Notes: a model not told the origin generated them from the sequence alone. A stretch of DNA of 64,000 bases from Clostridiales bacterium (GCA_017513085.1 JAFWDK010000003.1:1-64000); one strand, 5' to 3'; shown: positions 27,644-39,045, numbered from the stretch's first letter. Translations and numbers: made by a program.

Positions 27644-30600
27644 GGATCAGCCCTCCTTGTTTTCCGGTTGCCAGCTCAAAAGCCATCAGAACAGCTTCAT
27701 CGCCTTCGTAGCCTTCTTCCTTCACCTGCACAAGCTTCTCGTTAAACTTCGCATAATCATGCGGCAGTACTTTTACGAAGCGACCGATCATGTCATCGAA
27801 GTTGGTAAGAATATGCTCAGCATAAGTACTCTCTGTACTCTTCACATGCTCACTGATATGCGTTCTGACAAACTCGATCTCCTCCGCATCGGTAAGCGGC
27901 ATCAGCTGCACCATCTCCTGGTTGCATCTTGCGGCAAAATCGCCATTTGCATCGTAGACATACGCGATACCACCGCTCATACCTGCCGCGAAGTTTCTGC
28001 CGGTTGGTCCGAGTACGATAACGCGGCCGCCGGTCATGTATTCACATCCGTGATCACCCACACCTTCGACGACTGCCGTTGCGCCACTGTTTCTTACACA
28101 GAAACGTTCACCGGCGATACCACTGATGTAGGCTGTACCGGAAGTCGCGCCATACAGAGCGACGTTACCGATGATCGTATTCTCTTCGGAGCGGAAAGAA
28201 GCATCTCTGTCTTTTCTGACGACGATCTTACCACCGGAGAGTCCTTTTCCGACATAATCGTTCGCATCACCTTCGAGACGCAATGTTAAACCACGCGGGA
28301 TAAAAGCGCCGAAGCTTTGTCCTGCAGATCCCTGGAAATGAACATCGATAGAATCCTCCGGTAGTCCTTTTTCACCATGGATACGGGTGATCGCAGAACC
28401 CAGCTGTGTACCTGCCGCACGGTCGGTATTGTGGATCTCGAGCGACAGGCTGACCTTTCTGCCTTCGTTCAGGGCCGGCTCGGAGAGCGGGATCAGCACC
28501 TTGTAGTCGAGTGTATTCTCAAGCTTGTGATCCTGGGCAACTGTGTGATGCGTGATGACTGTCGAGTCAAGCTGCGGACGATAGAGGATCGCGGAAAGAT
28601 CGATTCCCGTTGACTTCCAGAACTTAATCGCCTTGTTGACGCGGAGCATATCGGAACGGCCGACCATCTCGTCGATCGTACGGAATCCCAGCTGGGCCAT
28701 GATCTCACGGAGTTCTTCCGCTATGAATCTCATAAAGTTCACAACATATTCCGGCTTGCCTTCAAACTTGGCGCGAAGCTTCGGGTTCTGAGTCGCGACA
28801 CCGAAAGGACAAGTGTCGAGGTTACATACACGCATCATGGCGCATCCCAGTGCAACCAGCGGGCCTGTAGCAAATCCGAATTCTTCGGCGCCCAGGAGGC
28901 ATGCGATCGCTACGTCACGGCCTGTCAGAAGCTTACCGTCAGCTTCGACCGTGATACGGGAACGAAGATCGTTCAGAAGCAATGTCTGATGCGCTTCGGC
29001 AACACCGAGTTCCCATGGAAGACCGGCATGACGGATAGACGTTCTCGGCGCAGCACCTGTACCTCCATCGTAACCGGAGATCAGGACAACATCGGCGCGT
29101 GCTTTTGCCACACCAGCCGCGATCGTACCGACACCGACTTCCGATACCAGCTTCACGTTGATCCTTGCAAAGCGGTTCGCATTCTTCAAGTCATGGATCA
29201 ATTCCGCCAGGTCCTCGATCGAGTAAATATCGTGATGCGGTGGTGGAGAGATCAAGCCTACACCCGGCGTAGAGTGACGGGTCTTGGCGATCCAGGGATA
29301 GACCTTGCCGGCCGGAAGCTGTCCGCCTTCACCAGGCTTTGCGCCCTGGGCCATCTTGATCTGGATCTCTCTTGCATGGACAAGATAATCCGAAGTTACA
29401 CCGAAACGTCCGGAAGCGACCTGCTTGATCGCACTCATCTTCGAATCACCGTTCGGCATTCTCTCATATCTCTCCGGATCCTCACCACCTTCACCGGTGT
29501 TACTCTTACCACCGAGACGGTTCATGGCGATGGCCAGCGCTTCGTGCGCTTCTTTACTGATGGAACCGTAGGACATCGCGCCGGTCTTAAAACGCTTCAC
29601 GATGCTCTCCACCGGCTCGACTTCGTAAATGGAGATCGGCTGCTTCGACGGAACAAATTCCAAAAGACCCCGGATCGTGCAAAGTCTTGTGTTTTCCTCG
29701 TTCAATCCACGGCTGTATTCCTTGAAGAGGTTGTAGTCACCTTTTCTGACCGCGTTCTGAAGCTGATAGATCGTCTTCGGGTTGAACATATGGTATTCGC
29801 CGTCTTTTCTCCACTGGTAGACACCGCCGGTCGGAAGCCCCGGTTGTGTCTCAGCTGTCTTAAAAGCAGCTTCCATGCGGGTTCCGACTTCCTTGGCGAT
29901 CTCATCCAGACCGATACCGCCGATGCGGGACGCCGTAGATGTGAAATACTTCTCGATCACTTCTTCTCCGATACCGAGTGCTTCGAAGATCTGCGCGCCC
30001 TGATAACTCTTCACGGCAGAAATACCCATCTTGGAAAGGATCTTCACGATACCGTGACGAGCTGCGGAAATATAGTTATCGATCGCTTCCTCCGGCGTCT
30101 TCTCCAAACGCTGATGCGAGATCTCATCAACGATCGTCTCGTATGCCATGTACGGGTTGATCGCCGAAGCGCCATAACCGACCAGCAACGCAAAGTGATG
30201 CACCTCACGCGGTTCACCGGATTCCAGAACGATGGACGTCATGTGACGCTGCCCTTTTCGCACGAGATGCTGGTGCAGACCGGAAACCGCAAGCAGCGCC
30301 GGGATCGGGCTCTTATCCGCATCCGCATCGCGGTCGGAAAGTACGAGGATATTTGTGCCTTTATCCACAGCATCGGAAGCCGCCTTGCAAAGCGCATCCA
30401 GTGCTTTTTCCAAAGTATGGCCGTCACCGTTTGCCTCGTAAAGGATCGGAAGGACGACCGACTTGAATCCTTTTCTCTTGATGTTCTTAACTGCTGCCAG
30501 TTCTTCATCCTTTAAGATCGGGCTCGGCAATGCGATATGACGTGCATCCGTTGCCTTCGGTTCGATGATGTTTCCTTCGTTTCCGAGATACATCCTTTCC

Positions 30601-32243
30601 ATGATGACGATGTCTTCACGGATGCAGTCGATTGGCGGGTTCGTGACCTGCGCGAACAGCTGCTTGAAGTAGTTATAAAGAAGCTGAGGCTTATCCGAAA
30701 GCACTGCGATTGGGCTGTCGTTTCCCATTGCGCCGATGGCTTCGGCTCCGGTATTGGCCATCGGAATGATCATCTTTCTTATATCTTCATAGGTATAACC
30801 GAACATCTTCTGCTTCACTTCGATATCGGAAGATGAAGACTTAGCCGCCTGACTCTTGGACTTCTTCGCCGAAGTCTGATACTCCTCGACCAGATCCGAA
30901 AGCTTCACCATATTCTCATCGATCCACTGCTTGTAAGGATGTGACGTCGCGATTTTCTTCTTGATCTCTTCGTTCGTGATAATGCGGCCCTCTTCGGTAT
31001 CGATCAGGAGCATTCTTCCCGGACGCAGACGGTTCTTGCTGACCACACGGCTCTCATCGATCGGAAGGACACCCGCCTCTGAAGAAAGGATCACATAGCC
31101 GTCTTCCGTCACAACATATCTTGCCGGACGAAGGCCGTTGCGGTCGAGTGTCGCTACAATACTTCTGCCATCGGTAAATGCCAGTGCAGCCGGTCCGTCC
31201 CAAGGCTCCATCAGCATGCTGTTATACTCGTAGAAAGCCTTCAGATCTTCGTCCATCTGCTCATGCTTGATCCACGGTTCCGGAACCATCATCATAGCTG
31301 TCTCAGCCAGGGATCTTCCGGACAAAGTCAGGAACTCAAGTGTGTTATCGAACATCGCCGAGTCAGAACCATTCGGGTTAATGATCGGCAGTACTTTTTC
31401 CATATCATCGCCAAAAGCTTTGTTGCTGATCGAAGCGGATCTTGCGTACATCGCATTGATGTTTCCACGAAGAGTATTGATCTCACCGTTGTGGATCAGG
31501 TAGCGGTATGGATGCGCACGCTCCCAGCTCGGGAATGTGTTTGTGCTGTAACGGGAATGGACGAGCGCCAGTGCGGAATCGAAGGAGAGGTCCTTCAGGT
31601 CGAGATAGAAAGCATCCATCTGCTCCGGTGTCAGCATGCCCTTATAGACGATTGTTCTTGTGGAAAGGCTGGCAAAATAGAAATAACGTGGATCTGTCTC
31701 TGTAAGCTCGATCGTTCTCTTTTCCAGTTTCTTTCTGATGATATATAATGCGCGGTCAAAAGCAACGCCTTTCTTTGTCTTGTCGCCGCGTCCGATAAAG
31801 ATCTGCGCAATATACGGACGGTTCTCTTTTGCCGTCTGACCGATCGTGCTCTCATTGACCGGAGTATCTCTCCAGCCCAGTACGACTTGTCCTTCTTCTT
31901 CAACGGCCTTATCGACGACCTTCATGCACTTTTCGCGCGCATCGCTCTGACGCGGAAGGAACACCATACCTACGCCATAATCACCTGCAGCCGGCAATTC
32001 TATATTTTCTTCAGGACATACTTTTCTGAAAAAAGCATCCGGGATCTGAAGGAGCATACCTGCTCCATCACCCGTATTCTCATCGCTTCCCTCACCACCA
32101 CGATGGGCAAGGTTTGCAAGGATCTTCAGACCGTCTTTCACCGTCTGGTGAGTTCTTTTGCCGTGGATGTTCACGACAAAACCGATACCACAAGCGTCAT
32201 GCTCGTAGTCCGGCGAATAAAGTCCCTGCTTTTGCATCATCAT
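27636..32243 (-). CDS. gltB: Glutamate synthase large subunit
   Basis: 1535 aa; 'HDACGIG', '[12 protein letters not shown]', 'HNGEINT', '[11 protein letters not shown]', '[12 protein letters not shown]'. Confidence 0.97.
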   Translation of the reverse strand: MMMQKQGLYSPDYEHDACGIGFVVNIHGKRTHQTVKDGLKILANLAHRGGEGSDENTGDGAGMLLQIPDAFFRKVCPEENIELPAAGDYGVGMVFLPRQSDAREKCMKVVDKAVEEEGQVVLGWRDTPVNESTIGQTAKENRPYIAQIFIGRGDKTKKGVAFDRALYIIRKKLEKRTIELTETDPRYFYFASLSTRTIVYKGMLTPEQMDAFYLDLKDLSFDSALALVHSRYSTNTFPSWERAHPYRYLIHNGEINTLRGNINAMYARSASISNKAFGDDMEKVLPIINPNGSDSAMFDNTLEFLTLSGRSLAETAMMMVPEPWIKHEQMDEDLKAFYEYNSMLMEPWDGPAALAFTDGRSIVATLDRNGLRPARYVVTEDGYVILSSEAGVLPIDESRVVSKNRLRPGRMLLIDTEEGRIITNEEIKKKIATSHPYKQWIDENMVKLSDLVEEYQTSAKKSKSQAAKSSSSDIEVKQKMFGYTYEDIRKMIIPMANTGAEAIGAMGNDSPIAVLSDKPQLLYNYFKQLFAQVTNPPIDCIREDIVIMERMYLGNEGNIIEPKATDARHIALPSPILKDEELAAVKNIKRKGFKSVVLPILYEANGDGHTLEKALDALCKAASDAVDKGTNILVLSDRDADADKSPIPALLAVSGLHQHLVRKGQRHMTSIVLESGEPREVHHFALLVGYGASAINPYMAYETIVDEISHQRLEKTPEEAIDNYISAARHGIVKILSKMGISAVKSYQGAQIFEALGIGEEVIEKYFTSTASRIGGIGLDEIAKEVGTRMEAAFKTAETQPGLPTGGVYQWRKDGEYHMFNPKTIYQLQNAVRKGDYNLFKEYSRGLNEENTRLCTIRGLLEFVPSKQPISIYEVEPVESIVKRFKTGAMSYGSISKEAHEALAIAMNRLGGKSNTGEGGEDPERYERMPNGDSKMSAIKQVASGRFGVTSDYLVHAREIQIKMAQGAKPGEGGQLPAGKVYPWIAKTRHSTPGVGLISPPPHHDIYSIEDLAELIHDLKNANRFARINVKLVSEVGVGTIAAGVAKARADVVLISGYDGGTGAAPRTSIRHAGLPWELGVAEAHQTLLLNDLRSRITVEADGKLLTGRDVAIACLLGAEEFGFATGPLVALGCAMMRVCNLDTCPFGVATQNPKLRAKFEGKPEYVVNFMRFIAEELREIMAQLGFRTIDEMVGRSDMLRVNKAIKFWKSTGIDLSAILYRPQLDSTVITHHTVAQDHKLENTLDYKVLIPLSEPALNEGRKVSLSLEIHNTDRAAGTQLGSAITRIHGEKGLPEDSIDVHFQGSAGQSFGAFIPRGLTLRLEGDANDYVGKGLSGGKIVVRKDRDASFRSEENTIIGNVALYGATSGTAYISGIAGERFCVRNSGATAVVEGVGDHGCEYMTGGRVIVLGPTGRNFAAGMSGGIAYVYDANGDFAARCNQEMVQLMPLTDAEEIEFVRTHISEHVKSTESTYAEHILTNFDDMIGRFVKVLPHDYAKFNEKLVQVKEEGYEGDEAVLMAFELATGKQGGLIHG

Positions 32244-32261
32244 AAAAATTCCTCCTTAGGT

Positions 32262-32402
32262 CGAGAAAGTGCCGCGGGAGGATCGTTCGCAAGCGCATCG
32301 CGCCGGATCCGCCGCTTCTTTTCGGAAGCAGTCCGTCAGCACTTAGCGTCATTGCTAAATCTTCATTGCTTGCATAATATCATTTTGCAAGTTTTATTGC
32401 AA
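32262..32402 (-). promoter_or_regulatory. gltB promoter and ANTAR-type leader
   Basis: TTGCAA (32402-32397), 17 bp, TGn-TATTAT (32379-32374); weak hairpin AGC-AAUGAA-GAU, then UUAGC-AAUGAC-GCUAA (32358-32343) overlapping a long AAGUGC...GCACUU hairpin before the RBS. Confidence 0.75.
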
Positions 32403-32686
32403 CATCTTGCAATTATCAGAGCAAAAAACGATAAAAAATGTGCATTATTTGTTTAGTTATGCATTTCTCTCTTGCCGATTATTCATTTTTATTCGATAGA
32501 TCGTATAAAGAATGCATCTTTTCGAATGCTTCGTCAAAGCTTTATGCCTTTTCCGACTGAAGCATCATCTTTACTTTTGACATATAGTATCCGGAGCGGA
32601 ATTTCTCCGAGATCAGTTCTTGATACGCGAAAGTTCCGATTTTATTGCAGCGTGTCTCTCTTATAAGTAATCAAGTTCATTTTTCA

Positions 32687-33487
32687 TTATCTTCTCGCAG
32701 GCTGGATAAGATCATTTGGAGGAACTCGGCGATTTGATCTTACTTCCTCACTGGCTGGATAAGACCATTTAGAGGAAATCGGCGATTTGATCTTATCTTC
32801 TCGCAGGCTGGATAAGACCATTTAGAGGAAATCAGTAATTTGATCTTACTTTCTCGCAGGCCGGATAAGACCATTTAGAGGAAATCAGTAATTTGATCTT
32901 ATCTTCTCACTGGCTGGATAAGATCATTTGGAGGAAATCGGCGATTTGATCTTATCTTCTCACTGCCCAGATAAGACCATTTGGAGATAATCAGTAATTT
33001 GATCTTACTTTCTCGCAGGCCGGATAAGACCATTTAAAGGAAATCGTCGATTTGATCTTACTTCCTCGCAGGCCAGATAAGACCATTTGGAGAGAATCAG
33101 TAATTTGATCTTACTTTCTCGCAAGCTGGATAAGACCATTTGGATGAAATCAGTAATTTGATCTTATCTTCTCACTGCCCGGATAAGACCATTTAAAGGA
33201 AATCGGCAATTTGATCTTATCTTCTCACTGCCCGGATAAGACCATTTGTAGATAATCGGCAATTTGATCTTACTTCCTCGCAGGCCGGATAAGACCATTT
33301 AGAGGAACTCGGCGATTTGATCTTACTTCCTCACTGCCCGGATAAGACCATTTAGATGAACTCGACAATTTGATCTTATCTTCTCGCAAGCCAGATAAGA
33401 CCATTTGGAGGAACTCGGCGATTTAATCTTACTTCCTCACTGCCCGGATAAGACCATTTGGAGGAAATCGGCGATTTGATCTTATCT
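32687..33487. repeat. Non-coding tandem array: 15 copies of a 53-bp unit containing inverted 13-bp half-sites
   Basis: RGATAAG starts at 32704, 32757, 32810 ... 33393, 33446 (every 53 bp, no indels). Unit: GATAAGAYCATTT-N14-ATTTGATCTTAYY-N13. Confidence 0.97.
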
Positions 33488-33532
33488 AGGTCTGGAAGAT
33501 CGTGAAAAGAAAATATGTCGGGAAGATCGCGG

Positions 33533-33563
33533 AAAGAAAACGGCTGCCTCGTGTGAGACAGCC
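33533..33563 (-). terminator. Intrinsic terminator downstream of dapL and the pseudogene
   Basis: Minus strand GGCTGTCTC-ACAC-GAGGCAGCC-GTTTTCTTT. Confidence 0.65.
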
Positions 33564-33586
33564 ACTTCTGCAATAAAATATCACGG

Positions 33587-33835
33587 TCACTTTGTCTTTA
33601 GGATATTCATTGCCGCGTCGTAGACATTTTTACTTACATACACGGCACATATCGTCGGAAGCGAAAAGCCCCCTGCCCGAAGCGTCCGACTCCGGCACCA
33701 CTGACCAGATCGGCTACATGTTCGGCGTCGTAATTCTGGACATCGTACTTGATACCCGCCGTTTTCAGAGCACCTGCAATTTCAAAAACTAATCGGTTTT
33801 CGGTCCGCTGAAAACTTCGCGTTTTTAAACCTCAT
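33587..33835 (-). pseudogene. Probable frameshifted small gene (about 80 aa; resembles small DUF2007-like proteins)
   Basis: Minus-strand fragments in different frames join into MRFK/REVFSGPKTD/LVFEIAGALKTAGIKYDVQ...GRFGQGA/LPTICAVYVSKNVYDAAMNILKTK*; about 3 frameshifts are needed. Confidence 0.4.
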
Positions 33836-33909
33836 TATTTCTTCCCGCCTGCGTTCAAAATGCCATCATTATTGCAACCGGAAAAAGTTTTATCCAGCGG
33901 GAAAAGCAC

Positions 33910-35100
33910 TCACCCTTCGCCATAGATCTCCTTGATGCGCTTCATCGCTTCGATCGTGTTGTCGCAGGTGTTGAAGGAAGTAAATCTTACATAGCCTTCG
34001 CCGCATTCGCCAAAGCCGGAGCCAGGCGTGCAGATCACATTGGCACAGGAGAGCAGTTCATCGAAGAAAGCCCAGGACTTCATCTCCTTCGGGCATTTGA
34101 CCCAGAGATAAGGCGAGTTTTTCCCACCGGTAAAAGGCCACTTCAGTTCCGTGAAAGTCTCCGCCATCACACGGGCATTCTCCTTGTAGTATGCGATATT
34201 TTCCAGGATCTGCGCATGGCCGGCATCTTTCAGGCAGGCAGCCGCTGCACGCTGCACCGGGTAGGAGACACCATTGAACTTGGTCGTCTGGCGTCGCAAC
34301 CACATCTTCCGGAGTTGCACGCCGTCACGTACAAGTCCCGCCGGCACGATGGTATAACCGCACCGCACGCCTGTAAAACCTGCTGTCTTAGAAAAAGAAC
34401 AGAACTCAATGGCGCAGGATCTTGAGCCTTCGATCTCGTAGATGGAACGCGGTATATCCGGATCTGAGATAAAAGATTCATAGGCCGCATCAAAAAGGAT
34501 CACGGAACCATGCTCATTTGCATAATCCACCCAGATCTTCAGACGCTGTCTGTCGTACGCCGCACCGGTCGGATTATTCGGAGAACAAAGGTAGATGATA
34601 TCCGCTGCAAGTCCTGGGAAAGGCATCGGAAGAAAATCATTATCGGCCGTGGCCGAAAGCTTGACGATCTTTCTTCCTGCCATCACATTGGTATCGACAT
34701 AGACCGGATAGACCGGATCCGTCACGGCAACAACATTATCCACATCAAAGATATCGAGGATATTTCCAAGATCGCTCTTCGCACCGTCACTGACGAAGAT
34801 CTCATCGCTGAAGAGTTTCACTCCGCAATTTCTGTTATAGTAATCGGAGATCTCATCTCTCAGGAACTCATAGCCCTGTTCCGGACCGTAACCGTGAAAA
34901 CCTTCCGCGGTTCCCATCTCTTCCGAAGCCTTGATCAGCGCATCCACAGCAGCCGGACAAAGCGGCCGCGTGACATCGCCGATGCCCATTTTGATCAGAG
35001 AAGCGCTATGATTTTCCGCCATGAATTTCCTGACACGTTCGGCCACTTCCGAAAACAGGTATGTTTCTTCGATGTTCTGGTAATTCTTGTTGATCTTCAT
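33910..35100 (-). CDS. dapL: LL-diaminopimelate aminotransferase
   Basis: 'YLFSEV', 'MGIGDVTRPL', 'GYGPEQG', 'SDGAKSD', 'SFSKTAGFTGVRCG', 'TTKFNGVSY'. Confidence 0.93.
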   Translation of the reverse strand: MKINKNYQNIEETYLFSEVAERVRKFMAENHSASLIKMGIGDVTRPLCPAAVDALIKASEEMGTAEGFHGYGPEQGYEFLRDEISDYYNRNCGVKLFSDEIFVSDGAKSDLGNILDIFDVDNVVAVTDPVYPVYVDTNVMAGRKIVKLSATADNDFLPMPFPGLAADIIYLCSPNNPTGAAYDRQRLKIWVDYANEHGSVILFDAAYESFISDPDIPRSIYEIEGSRSCAIEFCSFSKTAGFTGVRCGYTIVPAGLVRDGVQLRKMWLRRQTTKFNGVSYPVQRAAAACLKDAGHAQILENIAYYKENARVMAETFTELKWPFTGGKNSPYLWVKCPKEMKSWAFFDELLSCANVICTPGSGFGECGEGYVRFTSFNTCDNTIEAMKRIKEIYGEG

Positions 35101-35114
35101 GTTCCTCTTCCTCC

Positions 35115-35966
35115 TTATACTTCGATCACACCATCGAAACTGACTACGGCAGGACCTGTCATGAGCACACGTTCATCGGTGTAATTAATCACAAGTTCGC
35201 CACCGTTCAGGATCACGCGCACGTCTTCGCCCTTGTTAACGTATCCATTAAGGCATGCCGCCACGACCGAAGCACAAGTCCCCGTCCCGCATGCCCACGT
35301 CTCGCCGGATCCTCTCTCCCAGACACGCATCCGGAGAAGCCCCGGTCCCAGGACTTCTACAAACTCTGTATTCACACTTTCCGGAAACATCGGATGATGT
35401 TCAAACTTCGGACCGACGGAAGCAAGATCCATCTTCTCCACATCCTTCACAAAAAGCACTACGTGAGGATTTCCCATCGATACACAAGTAATGCGGAAGG
35501 TATTTCCGTCTATCTCAACTTCCCGATCGACTACACGATCACCGGGCAGATCCACAGGGATCAGTTCCGGCGACAAGATCGCACGACCCATATCGACTGT
35601 TGCACTTACTGCTTCACCCTGTTCACCCAGCTGCAGCTTAAGCTTCTTGATCCCGCTCTTCGTTTCGATCGTAAGGGTATCCTTTTTCACGTGCCACTTA
35701 TCGTGGACAAACTTACCGACACAGCGTATGCCGTTGCCGCACATCTTTCCTTCTGAACCATCGAGATTGAACATGACCATCTTGGCATCCGCCACCTCGG
35801 ACGGAGCGACCAGGATCAGGCCATCGCTGCCGATCCCGAAATGCCTGTCCGAGATCCGTACAGACAGAGAAACCGGATCCTCTATCTCATATTGACGGGC
35901 ATCTATATATACATAATCATTTCCACAACCCTGCATCTTCGTGAATGCACACTTCATTTTCTTCAC
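35115..35966 (-). CDS. dapF: Diaminopimelate epimerase
   Basis: 'FTKMQGCGNDY', 'MCGNGIRC', 'SMGNPH', 'WERGSGETWACGTG'. Confidence 0.95.
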   Translation of the reverse strand: MKKMKCAFTKMQGCGNDYVYIDARQYEIEDPVSLSVRISDRHFGIGSDGLILVAPSEVADAKMVMFNLDGSEGKMCGNGIRCVGKFVHDKWHVKKDTLTIETKSGIKKLKLQLGEQGEAVSATVDMGRAILSPELIPVDLPGDRVVDREVEIDGNTFRITCVSMGNPHVVLFVKDVEKMDLASVGPKFEHHPMFPESVNTEFVEVLGPGLLRMRVWERGSGETWACGTGTCASVVAACLNGYVNKGEDVRVILNGGELVINYTDERVLMTGPAVVSFDGVIEV

Positions 35967-35987
35967 CTCTTTCGGTCAGATCCAAAG

Positions 35988-36016
35988 CATAACTTCACGC
36001 CATTGTGCATGTTATG
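35988..36016 (-). promoter_or_regulatory. ANTAR-type hairpin upstream of dapF
   Basis: Minus strand CAC-AAUGGC-GUG (36007-35996) within an extended CAUAAC...GUUAUG stem. Confidence 0.65.
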
Positions 36017-36036
36017 TATTCTGTTTTTTTAATCAG

Positions 36037-36621
36037 TTATTCTTCGTAAGTTTTGATGATCTCATAAGCGACTTCCGCTCTCGTGCGCCCGCTGTTCATG
36101 GCTTCTTTCTCGATGAACTTATGCGCCTCCTCTTCCGAAAACGCCAGCGTCTGCATGAGGAGCAGTTTGCCACGCACGATCACTTTCTCATCGTCAAGTT
36201 TTTTCTTCAGCGCACACAATCTGATGTGTGCCATATCGGCTGCATTGATCGCTGTGGCAAAAGCACTCTGCGTGAGCGGACGTGTCAGTATCGTGGCGCC
36301 AAGATCAAGAAGTGTCTTTCTTGCCGTCTTACTATCCGGATCGGACAGAACTTCCTCTTCCGCCAGGAAAAGCACACTGGCTGTCGGATGCGTTACGGCG
36401 ATCCTGCACGCCTTCTGGGCTTTGGGATCCGCGATCGGCGCAGATACGATCAGAAGACCATAGTCGCCTTTTCTTGCAAGCTCTAAACCATTCTCCGGAA
36501 GCGAACTCCAGATAATATCATGCGGATGCTTGAGGCTTTTCCGTATGAGATCTTCCAGCACGCGGTTCGCGCCGGCCACCGTTCTTAATATAAGAACCTT
36601 ATCAATACCAGTTGAACTCAT
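36037..36621 (-). CDS. ANTAR-domain RNA-binding regulator with pseudo-receiver (NitR-like)
   Basis: C-terminal ANTAR helices 'VIVRGKLLLMQTLAFSEEEAHKFIEKEAMNSGRTRAEVAYEII'; the receiver-like N-terminus has 'LLIVSAP' where a phosphoacceptor Asp is expected; start ATG 36621 with GAGGT RBS. Confidence 0.88.
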   Translation of the reverse strand: MSSTGIDKVLILRTVAGANRVLEDLIRKSLKHPHDIIWSSLPENGLELARKGDYGLLIVSAPIADPKAQKACRIAVTHPTASVLFLAEEEVLSDPDSKTARKTLLDLGATILTRPLTQSAFATAINAADMAHIRLCALKKKLDDEKVIVRGKLLLMQTLAFSEEEAHKFIEKEAMNSGRTRAEVAYEIIKTYEE

Positions 36622-36815
36622 TCCGATCACCTCTTTTATTCCGGGTCCCGGCATATCCAAAACCCCATCCTATGCTTACAGTAGTTAGTCTACACTTACT
36701 CCTGTGTTTTTGCAACTTCTTTTTTGTCAAAATTCATTCAACATGAAAAACATTCATTTTTCTCATCAATTTTGACAAATAATGCAAGTTTTGCAAAAAG
36801 ATTATTCATTTTGTG

Positions 36816-36897
36816 TTGACAGGCGGATTCTTTTGTCGTATCCTACCGACATAAAGCAAAGGCGCTTGGAACCAAGGAACGGGTCCCAAGCGCTTTT
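36816..36897 (+). promoter_or_regulatory. glnA promoter, ANTAR hairpin and overlapping terminator
   Basis: TTGACA (36816-36821), 17 bp, TATCCT (36839-36844); AAGC-AAAGGC-GCTT (36854-36867); terminator GCGCTTGG...CCAAGCGC-TTTT. Confidence 0.85.
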
Positions 36898-36921
36898 GAC
36901 GTTTTTAAGGAGGAAAGAACT

Positions 36922-39018
36922 ATGACTAACGTACCTGAGATCTTCGGAACTATGGTTTTTAATGAACAGATCATGAAGGCCCGTCTCCCGAAAGAAACTT
37001 ACAAAGCAATGAAGAAGACTATTAATGAAGGACTTCCGTTGAATATAGAGATCGCGAATGTAGTGGCAAATGCTATGAAAGACTGGGCAACCGAGAAGGG
37101 TGCCACACACTTCACACATTGGTTCCAGCCATTGACCGGCATCACAGCCGAGAAGCACGACAGCTTCATCTCCCCTACATCTGATGGTGGCGTGATCATG
37201 GAGTTCTCGGGCAAAGAACTGGTCCAGGGTGAGCCGGATGCTTCTTCCTTCCCGAGCGGCGGACTCCGTGCAACATTCGAGGCAAGAGGATATACAGCAT
37301 GGGATCCGACAAGCTTCGCTTTCATTAAAGACAATACACTCTGCATCCCGACCGCATTCTGTTCTTACAGCGGCGAGGCACTCGACAAGAAGACACCTCT
37401 TCTCCGCTCGATGGAAGTGATCAGCAAGCAGGCAGTAAGAATCTTAAGACTCTTCGGAAATACGGACCCGCACCTTACAGTAAAGACAACAGTTGGTCCT
37501 GAACAGGAATACTTCCTCATTCCGGTTGAACTCTATAATCAGAGAAAAGACCTGATCTTTACAGGAAGAACACTTTTTGGAGCCAAAGCACCGAAGGGCC
37601 AGGAGCTCGAAGACCATTACTTCGGTTCCATCAAGCCGAGAGTTTCCGCTTACATGAAAGATCTCGACGAAGAACTCTGGAAACTGGGTGTACTTGCTAA
37701 GACAAAGCATAACGAAGTAGCTCCGGCACAGCACGAATTGGCACCGATCTTTACAACGACCAATATCGCAACCGATCACAACCAGCTGATGATGGAGATC
37801 ATGCAGAAAGTTGCGAAGAAACACGGTCTGGTTTGCCTCCTTCACGAAAAGCCATTCGCAGGTGTAAACGGATCCGGTAAGCATAACAACTGGTCCATCT
37901 CCACATCTTCTGGTGTGAACCTCCTTGAACCCGGCGATACACCTTCTGAGAATGCCCAGTTCCTGCTCTTCCTGGCAGCAGTCATCCGTGCAGTAGATGT
38001 ACATCAGGATCTGCTCCGTATCTCGGTTGCGACCGCAGGAAACGATCATCGTCTTGGTGCAAACGAAGCACCGCCGGCAGTTGTATCCATGTTCTTAGGT
38101 GATGAACTCAATGCAATCATCGAGTCTATCGTAGAAGGCAAAACATACGACCAGCACGAGAAAGTACAGATGGAGATCGGTGTAGACGTTCTTCCGAAGT
38201 TCCCGAAGGATTCTACAGACAGAAACAGAACTTCCCCGTTCGCATTTACCGGTAATAAGTTCGAATTCAGAATGTTAGGTTCCGCTAACTCCATCGCATG
38301 TGCGAACATCATGCTGAATACAGCAGTTGCAGACAGCCTCTGTGAGTTTGCCGACAGACTCGAAAAGGCAAGTGATTTTAATGCAGAGCTTTCAGCACTC
38401 ATTAAGGAAACGATCACCGCTCATAAGAGGATCATCTTTAACGGCAACGGTTACGATGAGAGCTGGATCAAGGAAGCAACCGAAGAAAGAGGTCTTCTCA
38501 ATCTCCGTTCCACACCGGAAGCGATGGAACGTTTTCTCGATCAGAAGAACAAAGATCTGTTCTTAAAGTTTGGTGTATTTAGTCTTGCAGAAATGCAGAG
38601 CAGACACGATATCCTCCTGGAGAACTACAGCAAGATCATCAATATCGAAGCACTCACCATGATCGATATGGCAAGAAAGGATATCCTGCCGGCAGTGACT
38701 TCCTACATCAAGGAACTCGCAGATACAGCGATCGCAGTACAGCAGGCCAGCGGCGCAGATACAGCTTTTGAAAAAGATCTGATCACGCAGCTCAGCAAGC
38801 TCCAGAGCGATATCGCAGCAAGAACCAAGGTCCTTGAAGATGCGGTGATCGAAGTACACGAAATCTCCGATATCCTTGCCCAGTCCTATGCATATAGAGA
38901 TAAGGTATTCGTGGCTATGCAGGATCTCCGTGCAGCCGCAGATCAGGCAGAGTCCCTCTGCAGTGCCAAGATCTGGCCGTTCCCGACATACGGCGAACTG
39001 CTCTTCGGAGTAAGATAA
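36922..39018 (+). CDS. glnA: Glutamine synthetase type III
   Basis: 698 aa; 'HWFQPLTG', '[11 protein letters not shown]', '[10 protein letters not shown]', '[10 protein letters not shown]', '[10 protein letters not shown]', '[18 protein letters not shown]'. Confidence 0.96.
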   Translation: MTNVPEIFGTMVFNEQIMKARLPKETYKAMKKTINEGLPLNIEIANVVANAMKDWATEKGATHFTHWFQPLTGITAEKHDSFISPTSDGGVIMEFSGKELVQGEPDASSFPSGGLRATFEARGYTAWDPTSFAFIKDNTLCIPTAFCSYSGEALDKKTPLLRSMEVISKQAVRILRLFGNTDPHLTVKTTVGPEQEYFLIPVELYNQRKDLIFTGRTLFGAKAPKGQELEDHYFGSIKPRVSAYMKDLDEELWKLGVLAKTKHNEVAPAQHELAPIFTTTNIATDHNQLMMEIMQKVAKKHGLVCLLHEKPFAGVNGSGKHNNWSISTSSGVNLLEPGDTPSENAQFLLFLAAVIRAVDVHQDLLRISVATAGNDHRLGANEAPPAVVSMFLGDELNAIIESIVEGKTYDQHEKVQMEIGVDVLPKFPKDSTDRNRTSPFAFTGNKFEFRMLGSANSIACANIMLNTAVADSLCEFADRLEKASDFNAELSALIKETITAHKRIIFNGNGYDESWIKEATEERGLLNLRSTPEAMERFLDQKNKDLFLKFGVFSLAEMQSRHDILLENYSKIINIEALTMIDMARKDILPAVTSYIKELADTAIAVQQASGADTAFEKDLITQLSKLQSDIAARTKVLEDAVIEVHEISDILAQSYAYRDKVFVAMQDLRAAADQAESLCSAKIWPFPTYGELLFGVR

Positions 39019-39045
39019 GAAAGTAAATAGTGAAGTAAGAAAAAA

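Noticed and set aside
28989-30515. 508-aa plus-strand ORF
   Set aside because: Antisense to gltB.
32687-33487. Array as a CRISPR locus
   Set aside because: The variable segments are only 13-14 bp, related to one another and reused; there are no cas genes in the window.
33376-33573. 65-aa minus-strand ORF entering the array
   Set aside because: It starts at the terminator hairpin and crosses a repeat whose period is not a multiple of 3; there is no convincing RBS.
33592-33792. 66-aa plus-strand ORF
   Set aside because: TTG start and not protein-like; the minus-strand fragments look more like the original coding frame.
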